DNA of 64,000 nucleotides from Candidatus Spongiisociaceae bacterium (GCA_965262915.1 OZ253564.1:864001-928000); one strand, 5' to 3'. Counted from the stretch's first letter, positions 45,639 to 56,277 are shown. Notes: generated by a model not told the origin, from the letters alone. Program-made: numbers and translations.

Positions 45639-47900
45639 TTGCTCGTGATGGACTTGGGCCACGTCTCGGTGCGGCTGGAGGACCGACCGCTGATCACCGG
45701 CGCCGGTCGATATGTGGGCGATCTGGTGGACGCCGATACGCTCCACTGTGCATTCGTCCGTAGCCCGGTCGCCCATGGCAATCCGGCGCCACCGGATCTC
45801 GCCGATGTCCGGGACCTTCCGGGTGTCGTCGCCGTCTTCGGCGCCGACGATCTCGACTTGCCGGATATGCCGTCGTCGCCCGGCCCCGGAGCGCCGGAGG
45901 CCGCCGGTATGGGTCAGCCGCCACTGGCCCGCGACCGTGTGCGTCACGTAGGAGATCCGATCGCGGTCGTGGTCGCCGAGTCGGCTGTGCAGGCAGTGGA
46001 CGCCGCAGACATGGTGTGGGTCGACGTTGAAGAGCTTCCGGCCACCGATGTCGTATCCGCACGGGCCGACGAAGTGTTGCTGTTTCCCGAGAGCGGCACG
46101 AACGTGGTGCATCGCTCAACCATCAGGACCGAAGGGCCTCGTCCCGCCGTCGAGATCGAAGTATTCGTCGAGATAGACATCCCGAGGCTCTCGCCTGTGA
46201 CCATCGAGCCCCTAGCCATCCTCGTGCGTCCGGTGGGCCAAGGACTCGAGGTGTGGTGTGGCCATCAGACGCCTGCCGGTTTTCCGGACCAACTCGGAGC
46301 GATGCTGGGCATCGACCCGTCGACGATCAGGGCCAGGGTGCCGGACGTCGGTGGTGGCTTCGGTGCGAAGGGCCAGTTCTACCCGGAGTATCCGGTCGTC
46401 GCGGCCATCGCTCATGGCCTGGGCAGACCGACGGTCTGGCTGCAGAGCCGGACCGAGCAGCTCATGTGCGGCACGCACGGTCGAGCCCAGCACATCACGA
46501 TGCGGATCGGTGGCGACCGTGACGGGCGAATCCGTTACCTCTTGGCTGATGTGGTGGGCGATGCGGGGGCCTACCCGAGCGCCGGAGCGCGTGTCCCGCT
46601 CTTCACCCGGTCCGTGATCCAGGGCCCCTACGACATCGAGCATCTCGAAGCCACCGCAACAGCGGTGGTCACCAACCGGGCGCCGACCGGTCCGTACCGT
46701 GGCGCCGGCAGGCCGGAGGCAGCCATCGCTATCGAACGCGCCGTGGACGCGTTCGCGGTGGCCGTCGGGCTGCTGCCCGAGCACGTTCGGAAGCGTAACT
46801 TCGTCGATCCGGCCGATTTTCCGTATACGAGTCACACCGGGTCGATCTACGACTCCGGCGACTACGTGGCCGCTCTGGAATTGGCCCTCGAGACGGCCGA
46901 TGTCGGCCGGTGGCGGCGCCTCAAGGAGAAGCGGCGAGCCGATGGCGGGGATCCGATCGGCATCGGTATCGGCTCGTTCATCGAACGCGCCGGGGGTGCG
47001 GTCGGTTCCGGCGAGTACGGGAAGGTCGAGCTCCTGCCCGACGGCGGCGTTGTCGTCCGAACCGGATCCACCGCAGCCGGCCAGGGACATCGGACGGTCT
47101 GGTCCCAGATCGCCGCCGGCGTCTTGTCCGTTCCTGTCCAGCGTGTGACCTTCTACGCGGGCGATACCGGTGAAGTGGCAGGCGGCGTCGGCAGCTTCGC
47201 TAGCCGTTCCGCCCAGTTGGGAGGAACGGCGATCCTACGAACCGCCCGCGAGGTACGGGCCCGGGCCGCCGCGGTGGCCGCCGGCATGCTCGAGGCGTCA
47301 GAGGCGGACCTTGTTCTGGTGGACGGGAGCTTCGGCGTCGTCGGCTCGCCGGGCGCGGGGGTCACGCTCGCCGAGGTGGCGGCCGAGGCAAGAGCCGCCG
47401 GTGTCGAGCTTGCCGCCGAGGAGATGTACGTAGGCAAGGCGCAAACCTTTCCCTTCGGCAGTTACGTGGCGGTGGTCGAGGTCGAGCGTGAGACGGGCCA
47501 AGTCGGGCTTCTGTTGCTCGTCGCGGTCGATGACTGCGGCAACGTGCTCAACCCGATGATCGTTGAGGGTCAGGTGCATGGCTCGATCATGCAGGGGATC
47601 GGCGAGGCGCTGCTGGAGGAGATCGTCTACGACGCCGACGGTCAGCCGATGAACAGCAACATGACGGGATATCTGGTACCCACGGCTACCCAGCCTTTCC
47701 CGCTGACGATCCTGCGGACGACCACTCCGGCGCCCGGCAATCCTCTCGGGGTCAAGGGAACAGGCGAGGCCGGCTGTATCGGCACTCCGGCAGCAATCCT
47801 CAACGCGGTGCACGACGCGTTGCGTGAAGACGGGGTAATGGCCTTGAGCCTCCCTCTCACTCCGGCCCGGGTGTGGGCGGCGATCCGATCAGTCGGATAG
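45639..47900 (+). CDS. Orphan molybdenum hydroxylase large subunit (form II CoxL-like motif)
   Basis: EDRPLITG.G.Y, VGGGFGAK, PYRGAGRPEA, GQGH, EGQVHG, KGTGEAG. Confidence 0.88.
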   Translation: MLVMDLGHVSVRLEDRPLITGAGRYVGDLVDADTLHCAFVRSPVAHGNPAPPDLADVRDLPGVVAVFGADDLDLPDMPSSPGPGAPEAAGMGQPPLARDRVRHVGDPIAVVVAESAVQAVDAADMVWVDVEELPATDVVSARADEVLLFPESGTNVVHRSTIRTEGPRPAVEIEVFVEIDIPRLSPVTIEPLAILVRPVGQGLEVWCGHQTPAGFPDQLGAMLGIDPSTIRARVPDVGGGFGAKGQFYPEYPVVAAIAHGLGRPTVWLQSRTEQLMCGTHGRAQHITMRIGGDRDGRIRYLLADVVGDAGAYPSAGARVPLFTRSVIQGPYDIEHLEATATAVVTNRAPTGPYRGAGRPEAAIAIERAVDAFAVAVGLLPEHVRKRNFVDPADFPYTSHTGSIYDSGDYVAALELALETADVGRWRRLKEKRRADGGDPIGIGIGSFIERAGGAVGSGEYGKVELLPDGGVVVRTGSTAAGQGHRTVWSQIAAGVLSVPVQRVTFYAGDTGEVAGGVGSFASRSAQLGGTAILRTAREVRARAAAVAAGMLEASEADLVLVDGSFGVVGSPGAGVTLAEVAAEARAAGVELAAEEMYVGKAQTFPFGSYVAVVEVERETGQVGLLLLVAVDDCGNVLNPMIVEGQVHGSIMQGIGEALLEEIVYDADGQPMNSNMTGYLVPTATQPFPLTILRTTTPAPGNPLGVKGTGEAGCIGTPAAILNAVHDALREDGVMALSLPLTPARVWAAIRSVG

Positions 47901-47980
47901 TCGAGGCGAGTGCCGTGCCCAACAGTGGGACGGCTCTCACGATCGCCCCAAGGCGGGTGGGCGGCTCGTTCAGTGGCCCT

Positions 47981-48120
47981 TTACCTGTCCTCGTCCAAGA
48001 CGCGCAGCACGATCTTGCCGACGTTGGGTCGGGTATCGAGGCGGAGGTGATCGATCCCCGCACCTTGTCCCCGCTGGAGCAGCACATAGAGCCGAGGACC
48101 GACAAGATTATCGCAGCCGC
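47981..48120. pseudogene. Two abutting gene relics: MDR-like C-terminus (minus strand) and a deleted E1 beta fragment (plus strand)
   Basis: Minus 47981-48028 reads PNVGKIVLRVLDEDR*; plus 48032-48120 reads GIEAEVIDPRTLSPL-EQHIEP.TDKI, matching 45109-45155 joined to 45335-45385. Confidence 0.65.
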
Positions 48121-48535
48121 GCGAGCGGCTGCGCGCGTGACCTCCGGTTGACGGGACTGCAAGACGAGCGGACTCGGTCTCGTAACTCCTCCGCAGACCA
48201 GTTCATCGCGAGAGTATCGACGGAGCCGCATGGAATGTAGTACCATATACCCGCCCGGTCTAGAACCGGACATCGTACGGCAGTCCGAGGCATCATGATT
48301 CGGAACTGAGCGAGCCTGCCGGAGCGCCACACCGAACAGCGTGACGCAGCTGCTCACCTCAAGATCACGAACCCTTTCTCGGGCGATGGTCCCACACGCG
48401 CCGGCATCTTGAAATCACAACGGCCGCACCCGGACGACTCCCCGGGTGATTCCAGCCAGGCCTCAAGCTTTCTTCAAGGAGCTCAAAGCCACCCGGCCTT
48501 GGCTATTTCGCGCGCCGCTAGGTCTTACAACATGA

Positions 48536-48578
48536 TGTGTCAAAACGGTTGACACAGTTCTGTGGCTGTGGGTAAGCT
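48536..48578 (+). promoter_or_regulatory. Sigma70-type promoter overlapped by a palindromic operator
   Basis: TGTGTCAA-N5-TTGACACA (48536-48556); TTGACA-N18-TAAGCT. Confidence 0.65.
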
Positions 48579-48614
48579 GCGATATGAGGGCGTTCGGCAC
48601 CAAGGGAGGGCAGC

Positions 48615-50000
48615 ATGGCCAAAGAGCTTAACTCTGGCAAAATCGGTAAAAGGACGGTGGGGGACTTCGTCCGGCTTCCACTGCGACGACGATGGCTGGC
48701 GGCAGTTGTCGTTATCGCTGGCCTCGCGGCGGTAATTACCGCATGTGGTGACGACGAGGAAGTCGAACCCACGCCTACGACGGCCGCGCCGGCCGCGACA
48801 ACGGCCGCGCCGCCCGCTACGACCGCGGGGCTTTCGGGAACTGTCACGATGATGCGGGGGCCATTTAGTGCGGACGATACGGTTTGGGAGGATCCGCTTG
48901 TCGCCGCATTCAATGCGAACCACCCCGGTGTAGAGATAATCAATACCACCTATGATTGGGCTGCCGCAGACGCGGAAATCGCAGCTGCCTTTGCCAGTGG
49001 TTCACCCCCAGATATCATTTACCTTCCTGACCAATGGTATGGCCAGTACGCGGTGGCCGGTCAACTGGAACCGATCACAGCCCTCGTTAACGACCCCGCA
49101 TTTGCCGACGACTACGCTGCGATTCCTCAGGCTTTCTGGGACGTAGCGACTATCGATGGTGAGGTTTACGGTGTTCCGGCCCTCGGAGTTGTCTTCCCGA
49201 TCTTTGTCAACCTTGACCTGTTGGAGGAGGCTGGCGTGGCAGATACTTGGGATGACTCCTATGAAGCACTCGCTGATGCTGCACGCAAACTGACTACGGA
49301 TGAGGTTTGGGGATTCTCATTCAGGTCTGAATTTATTGACGCTGGATACTGGGATTGGTTTCCCTACATCCAGAATGCAGGCGGCAACGTGCTAAACGAC
49401 GATTGGAGCGCTTGTGGCTTTAACAATCCTGAAGTGGTCACAGGTGTCCAATTCCTGATCGACACCATTGAGGAGGGAATAGCGCTCCCACCCGGCGAAT
49501 ACGACTGGGCTGGTCAAAAGGCTCTGTTCTCGGCAGGTAAGATTGCCATCAACCATAACGAGGGGTCGTTCATCAACGAGCTCCTCACAAACGACCCGGG
49601 CTTCCGATGGGATGTTCGTCCCGCACCGCCCGGACCAGTGACACAAACAATGATGGGTAATTTCGGCTTCTTGTTCATCTCCTCGGCGAGTGAAAACAAG
49701 GAGGCTGCCTGGGAATACATCAAACACTGGACATCTGCGGAAGAGGCTGCGGCATACACTGAGGCGAACAGTCTCTTCTCTATACGATCTGATCTCGTCA
49801 ATCCGTATGCCGATAACCCGTTGATGGCACGAGTGCTACATGACTACGTCCCGATGGTTAAGGGGATTCAGGCTCACCCGAGGATGCGTGAGATCCTGAA
49901 TACCATCTGGCCCACGTTCAGCGCTGCATATCGTGGCCAATACACGGCTCAGGAGGCGGTCGACAAGGCGTGTGCAGATATGGCGAGCCTTTTGGGTTAG
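48615..50000 (+). CDS. Carbohydrate-type (family 1) ABC substrate-binding lipoprotein
   Basis: ITACGDD lipobox, TTAAP linker, GSPPDI, DGEVYGVP, NLDLLEEAG, KEAAWEYIK. Confidence 0.88.
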   Translation: MAKELNSGKIGKRTVGDFVRLPLRRRWLAAVVVIAGLAAVITACGDDEEVEPTPTTAAPAATTAAPPATTAGLSGTVTMMRGPFSADDTVWEDPLVAAFNANHPGVEIINTTYDWAAADAEIAAAFASGSPPDIIYLPDQWYGQYAVAGQLEPITALVNDPAFADDYAAIPQAFWDVATIDGEVYGVPALGVVFPIFVNLDLLEEAGVADTWDDSYEALADAARKLTTDEVWGFSFRSEFIDAGYWDWFPYIQNAGGNVLNDDWSACGFNNPEVVTGVQFLIDTIEEGIALPPGEYDWAGQKALFSAGKIAINHNEGSFINELLTNDPGFRWDVRPAPPGPVTQTMMGNFGFLFISSASENKEAAWEYIKHWTSAEEAAAYTEANSLFSIRSDLVNPYADNPLMARVLHDYVPMVKGIQAHPRMREILNTIWPTFSAAYRGQYTAQEAVDKACADMASLLG

Positions 50001-50984
50001 ATGGATTCAATCTCCGACAGCGTTGTACAGTCAAATACAAGAGCAACCCCGCCGGTTGACCCCGGCGGGGTCGCTCTTCGGTTGACCCCGCAGCAACATG
50101 AACGCCTTGCACGGAAGTACCGGGTACGACGCTGGATTGTAGGCTACGCCTTCATCGCGCCGATTCTGTTCTTCTTCGCACTATTCATGATCGTACCGAT
50201 CGGATGGGTTGTGTACGGAAGCTTCCAACAGGGTGGTATCATCACTCCGAGTGAGTTCGTTGGTCTTGAAAACTGGCAATCGGTTTTTGGCGACGAGCTT
50301 GTCAGGACGACGGTCAGGAACACCGGGTTCTTTGCGTTGCTTGCGATTCCGGGAGTGATCGTCGTCGGCCTCGTTCTGGCCCTCGCTCTCTTGAGAATTC
50401 AAAGGGGAGAATCCGTCTTCCGAGCAGGAATCTTCTTTCCTGTATTGGCTCCTCCTGTAATCGGAGCGCTGATGTTCTTGTTCGTGCTGCATCCGGACTT
50501 TGGTGCTGTTACATTGGCGATGCGTACGGTTGGTCTTTCCTCGCCTTCCTGGCTAGGGGATCCGGCGTACGCTTTGCCGAGTGTCGCCGCGTTTGAGATT
50601 TGGCGGGGCGCTGGGTTCTATGCTCTCGTCTTCCTTGCGGGATTGTTGGCCCTGCCGAAAGAGCTTTATCACGCTGCGGCGCTTGACGGTGCCAATACCA
50701 TTCGTCGTTTCTGGCACGTTACTTTGCCGCTCCTCAAACCGACCGCTCAATTCGTGCTGGTAATGGCGACTATTTGGAACCTGCAGCTGTTCGATTCTGT
50801 CTTCGTGTTGACTGATGGTGGTCCGGTGAACAGGACTGTCACGGTTGTCATGTATGTATATCGGAGTCTCTTTGCCTTTGGGAATGTCGGCTTTGGCTAC
50901 GCTCTCTCCATGGTGCTTCTCATCGTGATCCTTGGAGTATCGCTTGTTCAGTTCCGCCTTCTACGGTCGCGAAGATCATCATGA
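50001..50984 (+). CDS. Carbohydrate ABC permease (MalF/UgpA-like)
   Basis: FVGLENW, ELYHAAALDGA, HVTLPLLKP, LTDGGP. Confidence 0.9.
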   Translation: MDSISDSVVQSNTRATPPVDPGGVALRLTPQQHERLARKYRVRRWIVGYAFIAPILFFFALFMIVPIGWVVYGSFQQGGIITPSEFVGLENWQSVFGDELVRTTVRNTGFFALLAIPGVIVVGLVLALALLRIQRGESVFRAGIFFPVLAPPVIGALMFLFVLHPDFGAVTLAMRTVGLSSPSWLGDPAYALPSVAAFEIWRGAGFYALVFLAGLLALPKELYHAAALDGANTIRRFWHVTLPLLKPTAQFVLVMATIWNLQLFDSVFVLTDGGPVNRTVTVVMYVYRSLFAFGNVGFGYALSMVLLIVILGVSLVQFRLLRSRRSS

Positions 50985-51895
50985 GGCAGACACAAACTCG
51001 GGCTTCAAGCAATGACACCGATCGCACTCGATGGCCGATTATGACCCCCCCGGGACTCGCTTTCAGGAAGGGCCGCGTAGCGTCGCGTATGACGGCCTAC
51101 TCTATATTGATAATAGCGTCCATTGTTATGGTCGGACCGCTCTTCTATATAGTGTCGACTTCGATTAAGAAGACAACACAGTTGTTTGCGTATCCTCCCG
51201 ACTGGCTTCCCGAGGTTCTATTCTGGGGGAACTACTCGACTCTCCTCGGATCAGATAGTCTTTTCCTAAGGTGGACCCTAAACACACTCCTCGTGGCTGG
51301 AGTTGTTACTGTCCTCAAAGTTATTATTGACTCGATGGCCGGTTACGCCTTCGCCAAGATAGAGTTTCCGGGGAGGAGGATTCTGTTTATCCTCATCCTC
51401 GCAGTCGTCATGGTACCTACTTCGGCAGTCATTATACCGTTGTTCCTTCTCGTTCGGGGAATGGGACTCCTTGACACCTACTGGGCGTTGATACTTCCAC
51501 CTCTAGCTAATCCGGTAGGTGTGTTCTTGATGAGAAACTACATCCAATCTTTGCCACGTGATCTTGAGAACTCGGCTCGACTCGATGGGTGTTCGGAGTT
51601 CAGTGTCTACTTCAGGATCATACTACCCTTGGTTAAGCCGGGCCTAGTCGTACTAGGAATTCTCACCTTTCTTGCTCAGTACACAGCATTCCTATGGCCG
51701 CTGCTGGCTGTTCAAGATGAAAAGCTCCAGGTATTGACTACAGGTGTGGCGGAGATGAAAGCAAGTATCTTTACCATTGATTGGGGGCTCGTCTCCGCCG
51801 CGAGTGTCCTCTCTATGGTTCCGATCACCATTATGTTTTTCATGTTCCAACGGTACTTCAGTGGTGGATCGATAGCAGGAGCGTTGAAGCAATGA
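50981..51895 (+). CDS. Carbohydrate ABC permease (MalG/UgpE-like)
   Basis: AGYAFAK, DLENSARLDG, IILPLVKP, FQRYF. Confidence 0.9.
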   Translation: MRQTQTRASSNDTDRTRWPIMTPPGLAFRKGRVASRMTAYSILIIASIVMVGPLFYIVSTSIKKTTQLFAYPPDWLPEVLFWGNYSTLLGSDSLFLRWTLNTLLVAGVVTVLKVIIDSMAGYAFAKIEFPGRRILFILILAVVMVPTSAVIIPLFLLVRGMGLLDTYWALILPPLANPVGVFLMRNYIQSLPRDLENSARLDGCSEFSVYFRIILPLVKPGLVVLGILTFLAQYTAFLWPLLAVQDEKLQVLTTGVAEMKASIFTIDWGLVSAASVLSMVPITIMFFMFQRYFSGGSIAGALKQ

Positions 51896-53025
51896 CAGAG
51901 TACACAGCATTAGAGAGCGCTATCAACCTGGTGCACGTATCTAAGAGATATGGTGACAATCTTGCGGTGGACGGGTTCACTGCTGCCATGGCCCCGGGGG
52001 ACTTTGTTGTTCTCTTGGGACCGTCTGGTTGTGGGAAGTCAACCATACTCAAGATGATTGCCGGTCTCGAAGATGTGACCGAGGGCGAGATATATATTGC
52101 CGGAGAATTGGCAAACTATATTCCGCCAAAGAACCGTGACGTCGCGATGGTGTTCCAGAACTACGCTCTGTATCCGCATATGATGGTGTCGCGGAATCTG
52201 GCGTTCCCGCTGAAAATGCGAGGGGTAGACCAGGCCAGAATCCGAAAGAGAGTGGACGAGGTGTCTTCGCTACTTGAGTTGTCCTCTTTGCTCGATCGCT
52301 TTCCGGATGAACTCTCTGGCGGCGAGAGGCAGAGGGTCGCTCTAGGCCGGGCGATTATTCGGGATCCGGTCGCCTTCTTGATGGACGAGCCGCTATCAAA
52401 CCTTGACGCGCTACTGCGATTCCAGATGCGGGACGAACTGCTGAAACTTCATAAGCGGGTGGGGCGGACGACAATCTACGTCACTCACGATCAGATCGAG
52501 GCTATGGCCATGGCGGATTCCGTGATCGTGCTGAAGGACGGTCGGATTCAGCAAATCGGTAATCCCCAAGACGTGTACGACAGGCCGGCCAACACGTTCG
52601 TTGCAACCTTCATAGGCAGCCCACCGATGAATCTGCTGCGCGGCCGCACAGAGGTTGGTAGACACGGGTTGATGTTCACTTGGAGGGATCATCGCATTCC
52701 ACTGGACAATGGATCGATACCCGTTGCGCCCGAGTCCATCGTCGGCGTGCGTGCGGAGGATGCAGAGCTAACCCAGGACTCGGGCGATGGCGTGTTGAGG
52801 GGTGTCGTAGGCTTGGTAGAGCCCGTGGGCGCCGATAAATTCATACGTGTTGAGATAGATGTCGATGTGTACTGGTATGTTCGAGTTTCGTCTGTGACCG
52901 ATGTCAGGGAGGGTGAGGCTATAGGGGTGAGAATCTCAGCGGACAGGTACCACCTCTACGACCGTGAGGGTAACCTCTATAGCCGTGAGAGTGGTGCCGG
53001 AGTAACTACGCCGAGTGATAGTTGA
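51892..53025 (+). CDS. MalK/UgpC-type ABC ATPase
   Basis: GPSGCGKS, FQNYALYPHM, LSGGERQR, MDEPLSNLD, VTHDQ, FIGSPPMN. Confidence 0.92.
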   Translation: MTEYTALESAINLVHVSKRYGDNLAVDGFTAAMAPGDFVVLLGPSGCGKSTILKMIAGLEDVTEGEIYIAGELANYIPPKNRDVAMVFQNYALYPHMMVSRNLAFPLKMRGVDQARIRKRVDEVSSLLELSSLLDRFPDELSGGERQRVALGRAIIRDPVAFLMDEPLSNLDALLRFQMRDELLKLHKRVGRTTIYVTHDQIEAMAMADSVIVLKDGRIQQIGNPQDVYDRPANTFVATFIGSPPMNLLRGRTEVGRHGLMFTWRDHRIPLDNGSIPVAPESIVGVRAEDAELTQDSGDGVLRGVVGLVEPVGADKFIRVEIDVDVYWYVRVSSVTDVREGEAIGVRISADRYHLYDREGNLYSRESGAGVTTPSDS

Positions 53026-53055
53026 TGGGTCGGAGAGCCAGTCGGGAGGACGCGT

Positions 53056-54840
53056 TTGGTCAGTGCGCTAGGTGGAGGGTCGCTAATCCGTCGTAGCGAG
53101 TGGACCGCATCCGCCGGGATCAACGTGGACTATGACGCTGAAATGGTAACGCGAGACGGAACTATCTTGCTGGCCGACGTTTATCGGTCCAAGGAAAGCG
53201 ATCAGCCACGACCGGTCCTGCTGGTACGCACCCCTTACGACAAGACTCATGTACACATGGCAACCTACCTTCATCCCGCTTGGTATGCGAGAGAGGGGTT
53301 CATTGTCGTCATTCAGGATGTTCGAGGCCGCTTTGCATCGGAGGGAAGATTCGATCCCTTCCTGAACGAGGGTGAAGATGGATTCGATGCAGTTGAGTGG
53401 GCCGGGGCACTCGAGGGGTCAAATGGGCGTGTTGGGATGTATGGTGCCTCCTACGCTGGGGCTGTACAATTACTGGCGGCGGCCAAGCACCCTCCTCACC
53501 TCCACGCAATAGCTCCTGCGGTTACAAACGTCGATTTCCACAGTTGGATGTACGAATCGGGTGCCCTTAACCTAGGGTTTGCAGCCACTTGGAGCCTGTT
53601 CCTGGCGCACAACGGTGCAAACCGCCAGGGCGATTCAGAGGAGGCTAGGCGCCTCATCCGGCTCGCTGGAGGCTCTCCGGACTGGTTAATGCATGGTCCG
53701 CCCTCGGAATTAGCTGATATTCTCGGGCCCTACACCCCATTCTTCAAAGAGTGGATCAATCAATCTAGCCAGGGTCCAATTTGGGACCGACTAAGTGGTG
53801 ACGCTGTCCCCGAAACGACGCGAATCCCGACGCTCCACATCACCGGATGGTACGACATTTTCTTGTCCGGCGCACTACGCGCCTACCAAGGCCGTAGTGA
53901 CGCTGTCGATACAAGCCAGCGCCTGGTAATCGGACCTTGGGCACACTATCCGTGGGGTGATCAGTTTGGTACCGATTCGAATGGAACGAGACGAATCGAC
54001 TTGTTGCAGGTCGAGTTCTTCCGTCGGCATTTGTCGGACGGTGTTACGGAGCACGATTCGCCCGTGAACTACTACGTCCTCTTTGAAGGATGGCGTAGAA
54101 GCGATGATTGGCCACCAAGACCGTCGAGAGTCGGTCGGCTGTTCCTGCGAAGTCAAGGTTCAGCGAATACACGCTGGGGAGACGGACGCCTAGATCCAAT
54201 TTCACCGAGTGATCCCGAACCATGTGACATATATCAGTACTATTCTCCAACGCCTGTGCCGGCCGTTGGAGGGCATTCGTGTTGTGACCCGGGGATGGTA
54301 CCCATGGGCTGCGTTAACCAGTTGTCGGTGGAGCAGCTTCCGGACGTTCTCGTATATACGACGGCACCTTTTGCGCGTGACCTGATTGTGGCGGGACCGA
54401 TTGATCTCCAGCTCTACGTTGCAACCGACGCGGACTCAGCTGATTACTTCGCAAGGCTATGTTTGGTTAACGAGAAGGGCTCTTGGAATGTTGCAGAGGG
54501 CATCCGACGGCTTGATACCGAGGAACTTCAGGAGTCGCGCGCTGGTGATGGTGTTACGCCAGTGCTCATCTCCCTCCGTGATACTGCTGTGCAGGTAAGG
54601 AAAGGTGAGCAGCTACGGCTCCACATCACAGGGGGATCCTTTCCGATGTTTGATGTTAATCCACAGACAGGCGAGTCCCCGCTCACAACCCCACGATGGG
54701 AAGGTCGCGGTGCTCTACACGCTATTCTGCACGAACCACGTCACCCTTCCGTCCTGCAATTCCGTGAAGTTTGTGAAACGGATACGAGTCTTATCGAGGA
54801 AGGGCCATCCTCCGAAATATCGAACGCTATAGCCAACTAA
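53056..54840 (+). CDS. CocE/NonD family serine hydrolase
   Basis: RTPY, QDVRGRFASEG, GASYAG nucleophile, GWYD, GPWAH; exact start uncertain. Confidence 0.9.
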   Translation: MVSALGGGSLIRRSEWTASAGINVDYDAEMVTRDGTILLADVYRSKESDQPRPVLLVRTPYDKTHVHMATYLHPAWYAREGFIVVIQDVRGRFASEGRFDPFLNEGEDGFDAVEWAGALEGSNGRVGMYGASYAGAVQLLAAAKHPPHLHAIAPAVTNVDFHSWMYESGALNLGFAATWSLFLAHNGANRQGDSEEARRLIRLAGGSPDWLMHGPPSELADILGPYTPFFKEWINQSSQGPIWDRLSGDAVPETTRIPTLHITGWYDIFLSGALRAYQGRSDAVDTSQRLVIGPWAHYPWGDQFGTDSNGTRRIDLLQVEFFRRHLSDGVTEHDSPVNYYVLFEGWRRSDDWPPRPSRVGRLFLRSQGSANTRWGDGRLDPISPSDPEPCDIYQYYSPTPVPAVGGHSCCDPGMVPMGCVNQLSVEQLPDVLVYTTAPFARDLIVAGPIDLQLYVATDADSADYFARLCLVNEKGSWNVAEGIRRLDTEELQESRAGDGVTPVLISLRDTAVQVRKGEQLRLHITGGSFPMFDVNPQTGESPLTTPRWEGRGALHAILHEPRHPSVLQFREVCETDTSLIEEGPSSEISNAIAN

Positions 54841-54843
54841 AGA

Positions 54844-56277
54844 GGCTCTTCGGAAATGAGTGGGGAGTCGGGGATCTGCCAGGGGGAGTGGTAATCCACC
54901 AGAAGTGATGGGGGGTCCTCCATAATCGGGTGCTGAGAAAAGACATCCGAGGCAGGAGGACCCCTGTGGAAGCTGATCCTACGCGCATGTGCGAGTTGTT
55001 GGTAGGCCTGGGCGACGTTGATCTGGTAGGGATCAACGACTCGGGCGAGGGTGCACCGCTTGGGGTGGTGATCCGTTCCCGCAAGCCCCGCCCGTTGTGT
55101 GAGTCCTGTGGCGGCCCGGTGTGGTCCAAGGGTCACAGAACGGTTGTGTTGGTGGATCTACCGGCGTTCGGCCGTCCGGTTCGGCTGCGGTGGCGGAAAC
55201 GCCGCTGGACGTGCCCGAACCCCGACTGTGAGATCAGATCGTTCATCGAACAAGACCCCACGATTGGTCCCCAACGGGCGTTGTTGACATCCCGAGCGGC
55301 CCGGTGGGTGACCATCCAGGTGGGTGGGCGGGGCCGTTCGGTCGACGAGGTCGCCGCAGAGCTGGGTTGTGATTGGCATACGGTTAACAACGAGGTCGTC
55401 CGCTGGGGCGAAGCCCTCCTGGGGGCCGACACCGATCGGATAGGCGAGGTCCAAGCTGTGGGCATCGACGAGACGCTGTTCTGGCGGAAAGGCCGGTGGC
55501 GCACCAAGGTTTGGTGCACCTCTGTCGTCGACGTGGGAGGCCACCAGCTGATCGACATAGTCCCTGGTAGAACGGCTGATAGCGCAGCTTCGTGGTTCCG
55601 ATCCCAACCCCCCGAGTGGCTCGACGGGATCCGCTGGGCGGTGTTGGACATGTCCGGTCCTTACCGGAAGGCGTATAACCGGGTGCTCCCGAACGCTCTC
55701 CAGGTAGCAGACCCCTTCCACGTCATCCGCCTCGCCAACCAGCGACTCGACGAAGTACGACGCCGCACCCAGAACGAAACCCTCGGGCATCGAGGCCGCA
55801 AGGATGACCCGCTGTATCGGATACGCCGCCTCCTCACCGCCGCCCACGAGAGGATCAGCGACCGCGGTCAAACACGGCTGCGTGGTCTTTTGGATGCCGG
55901 TGACCCCTACGGGGAGGTACGCACAGCCTGGCACGCGAAGGAAACGGTACGAGGCATCTACGGGATCGAAAGTCCGGTCCTTGCTCTCCGATACACCCTC
56001 CAGCTCGCAGACGACCTCCAACACGAATCCTGCCCACCCGAGATCAACAAGCTCGGTCGCACCATCGCCCGCTGGACCCCCCAGATCACCAACTGGCACA
56101 TCTCGAAGGTAACCAACGGACCCACCGAAGCCCTCAACAACCTCATAAAGCGGATCAAACGCATCGCGTTCGGGTTCCGCAACTTCGCGAACTACCGAAT
56201 CCGCGCCCTTCTCTACGCCGGGAAACCCAACTGGGACCTACTCGCCACCGTCACTCCCCACTGAAATCCGATGAGCC
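54844..56277 (+). mobile_element. Intact ISL3-family insertion sequence (1434 bp)
   Basis: 25-bp imperfect IRs GGCTCTTCGGAAATGAGTGGGGAGT / ACTCCCCACTGAAATCCGATGAGCC; 8-bp direct repeat ACTAAAGA at 54836-54843 and 56278-56285. Confidence 0.93.
54930..56264 (+). CDS. ISL3 family transposase
   Basis: CxxC...CxxxxC zinc finger, GIDE, LDMS, DPFH, TNGPTEALNNLIKRIKR; start uncertain. Confidence 0.93.
   Translation: MLRKDIRGRRTPVEADPTRMCELLVGLGDVDLVGINDSGEGAPLGVVIRSRKPRPLCESCGGPVWSKGHRTVVLVDLPAFGRPVRLRWRKRRWTCPNPDCEIRSFIEQDPTIGPQRALLTSRAARWVTIQVGGRGRSVDEVAAELGCDWHTVNNEVVRWGEALLGADTDRIGEVQAVGIDETLFWRKGRWRTKVWCTSVVDVGGHQLIDIVPGRTADSAASWFRSQPPEWLDGIRWAVLDMSGPYRKAYNRVLPNALQVADPFHVIRLANQRLDEVRRRTQNETLGHRGRKDDPLYRIRRLLTAAHERISDRGQTRLRGLLDAGDPYGEVRTAWHAKETVRGIYGIESPVLALRYTLQLADDLQHESCPPEINKLGRTIARWTPQITNWHISKVTNGPTEALNNLIKRIKRIAFGFRNFANYRIRALLYAGKPNWDLLATVTPH

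Noticed and set aside
45418-45640. Riboswitch (Moco) upstream of the orphan Mo subunit, and an AGTGGTGTCTGTG repeat-like end
   Set aside because: No recognisable consensus and no partner inverted end; it would need an Rfam search.
48765-48830. TTAAP repeats in the substrate-binding protein
   Set aside because: Ordinary low-complexity lipoprotein tether.
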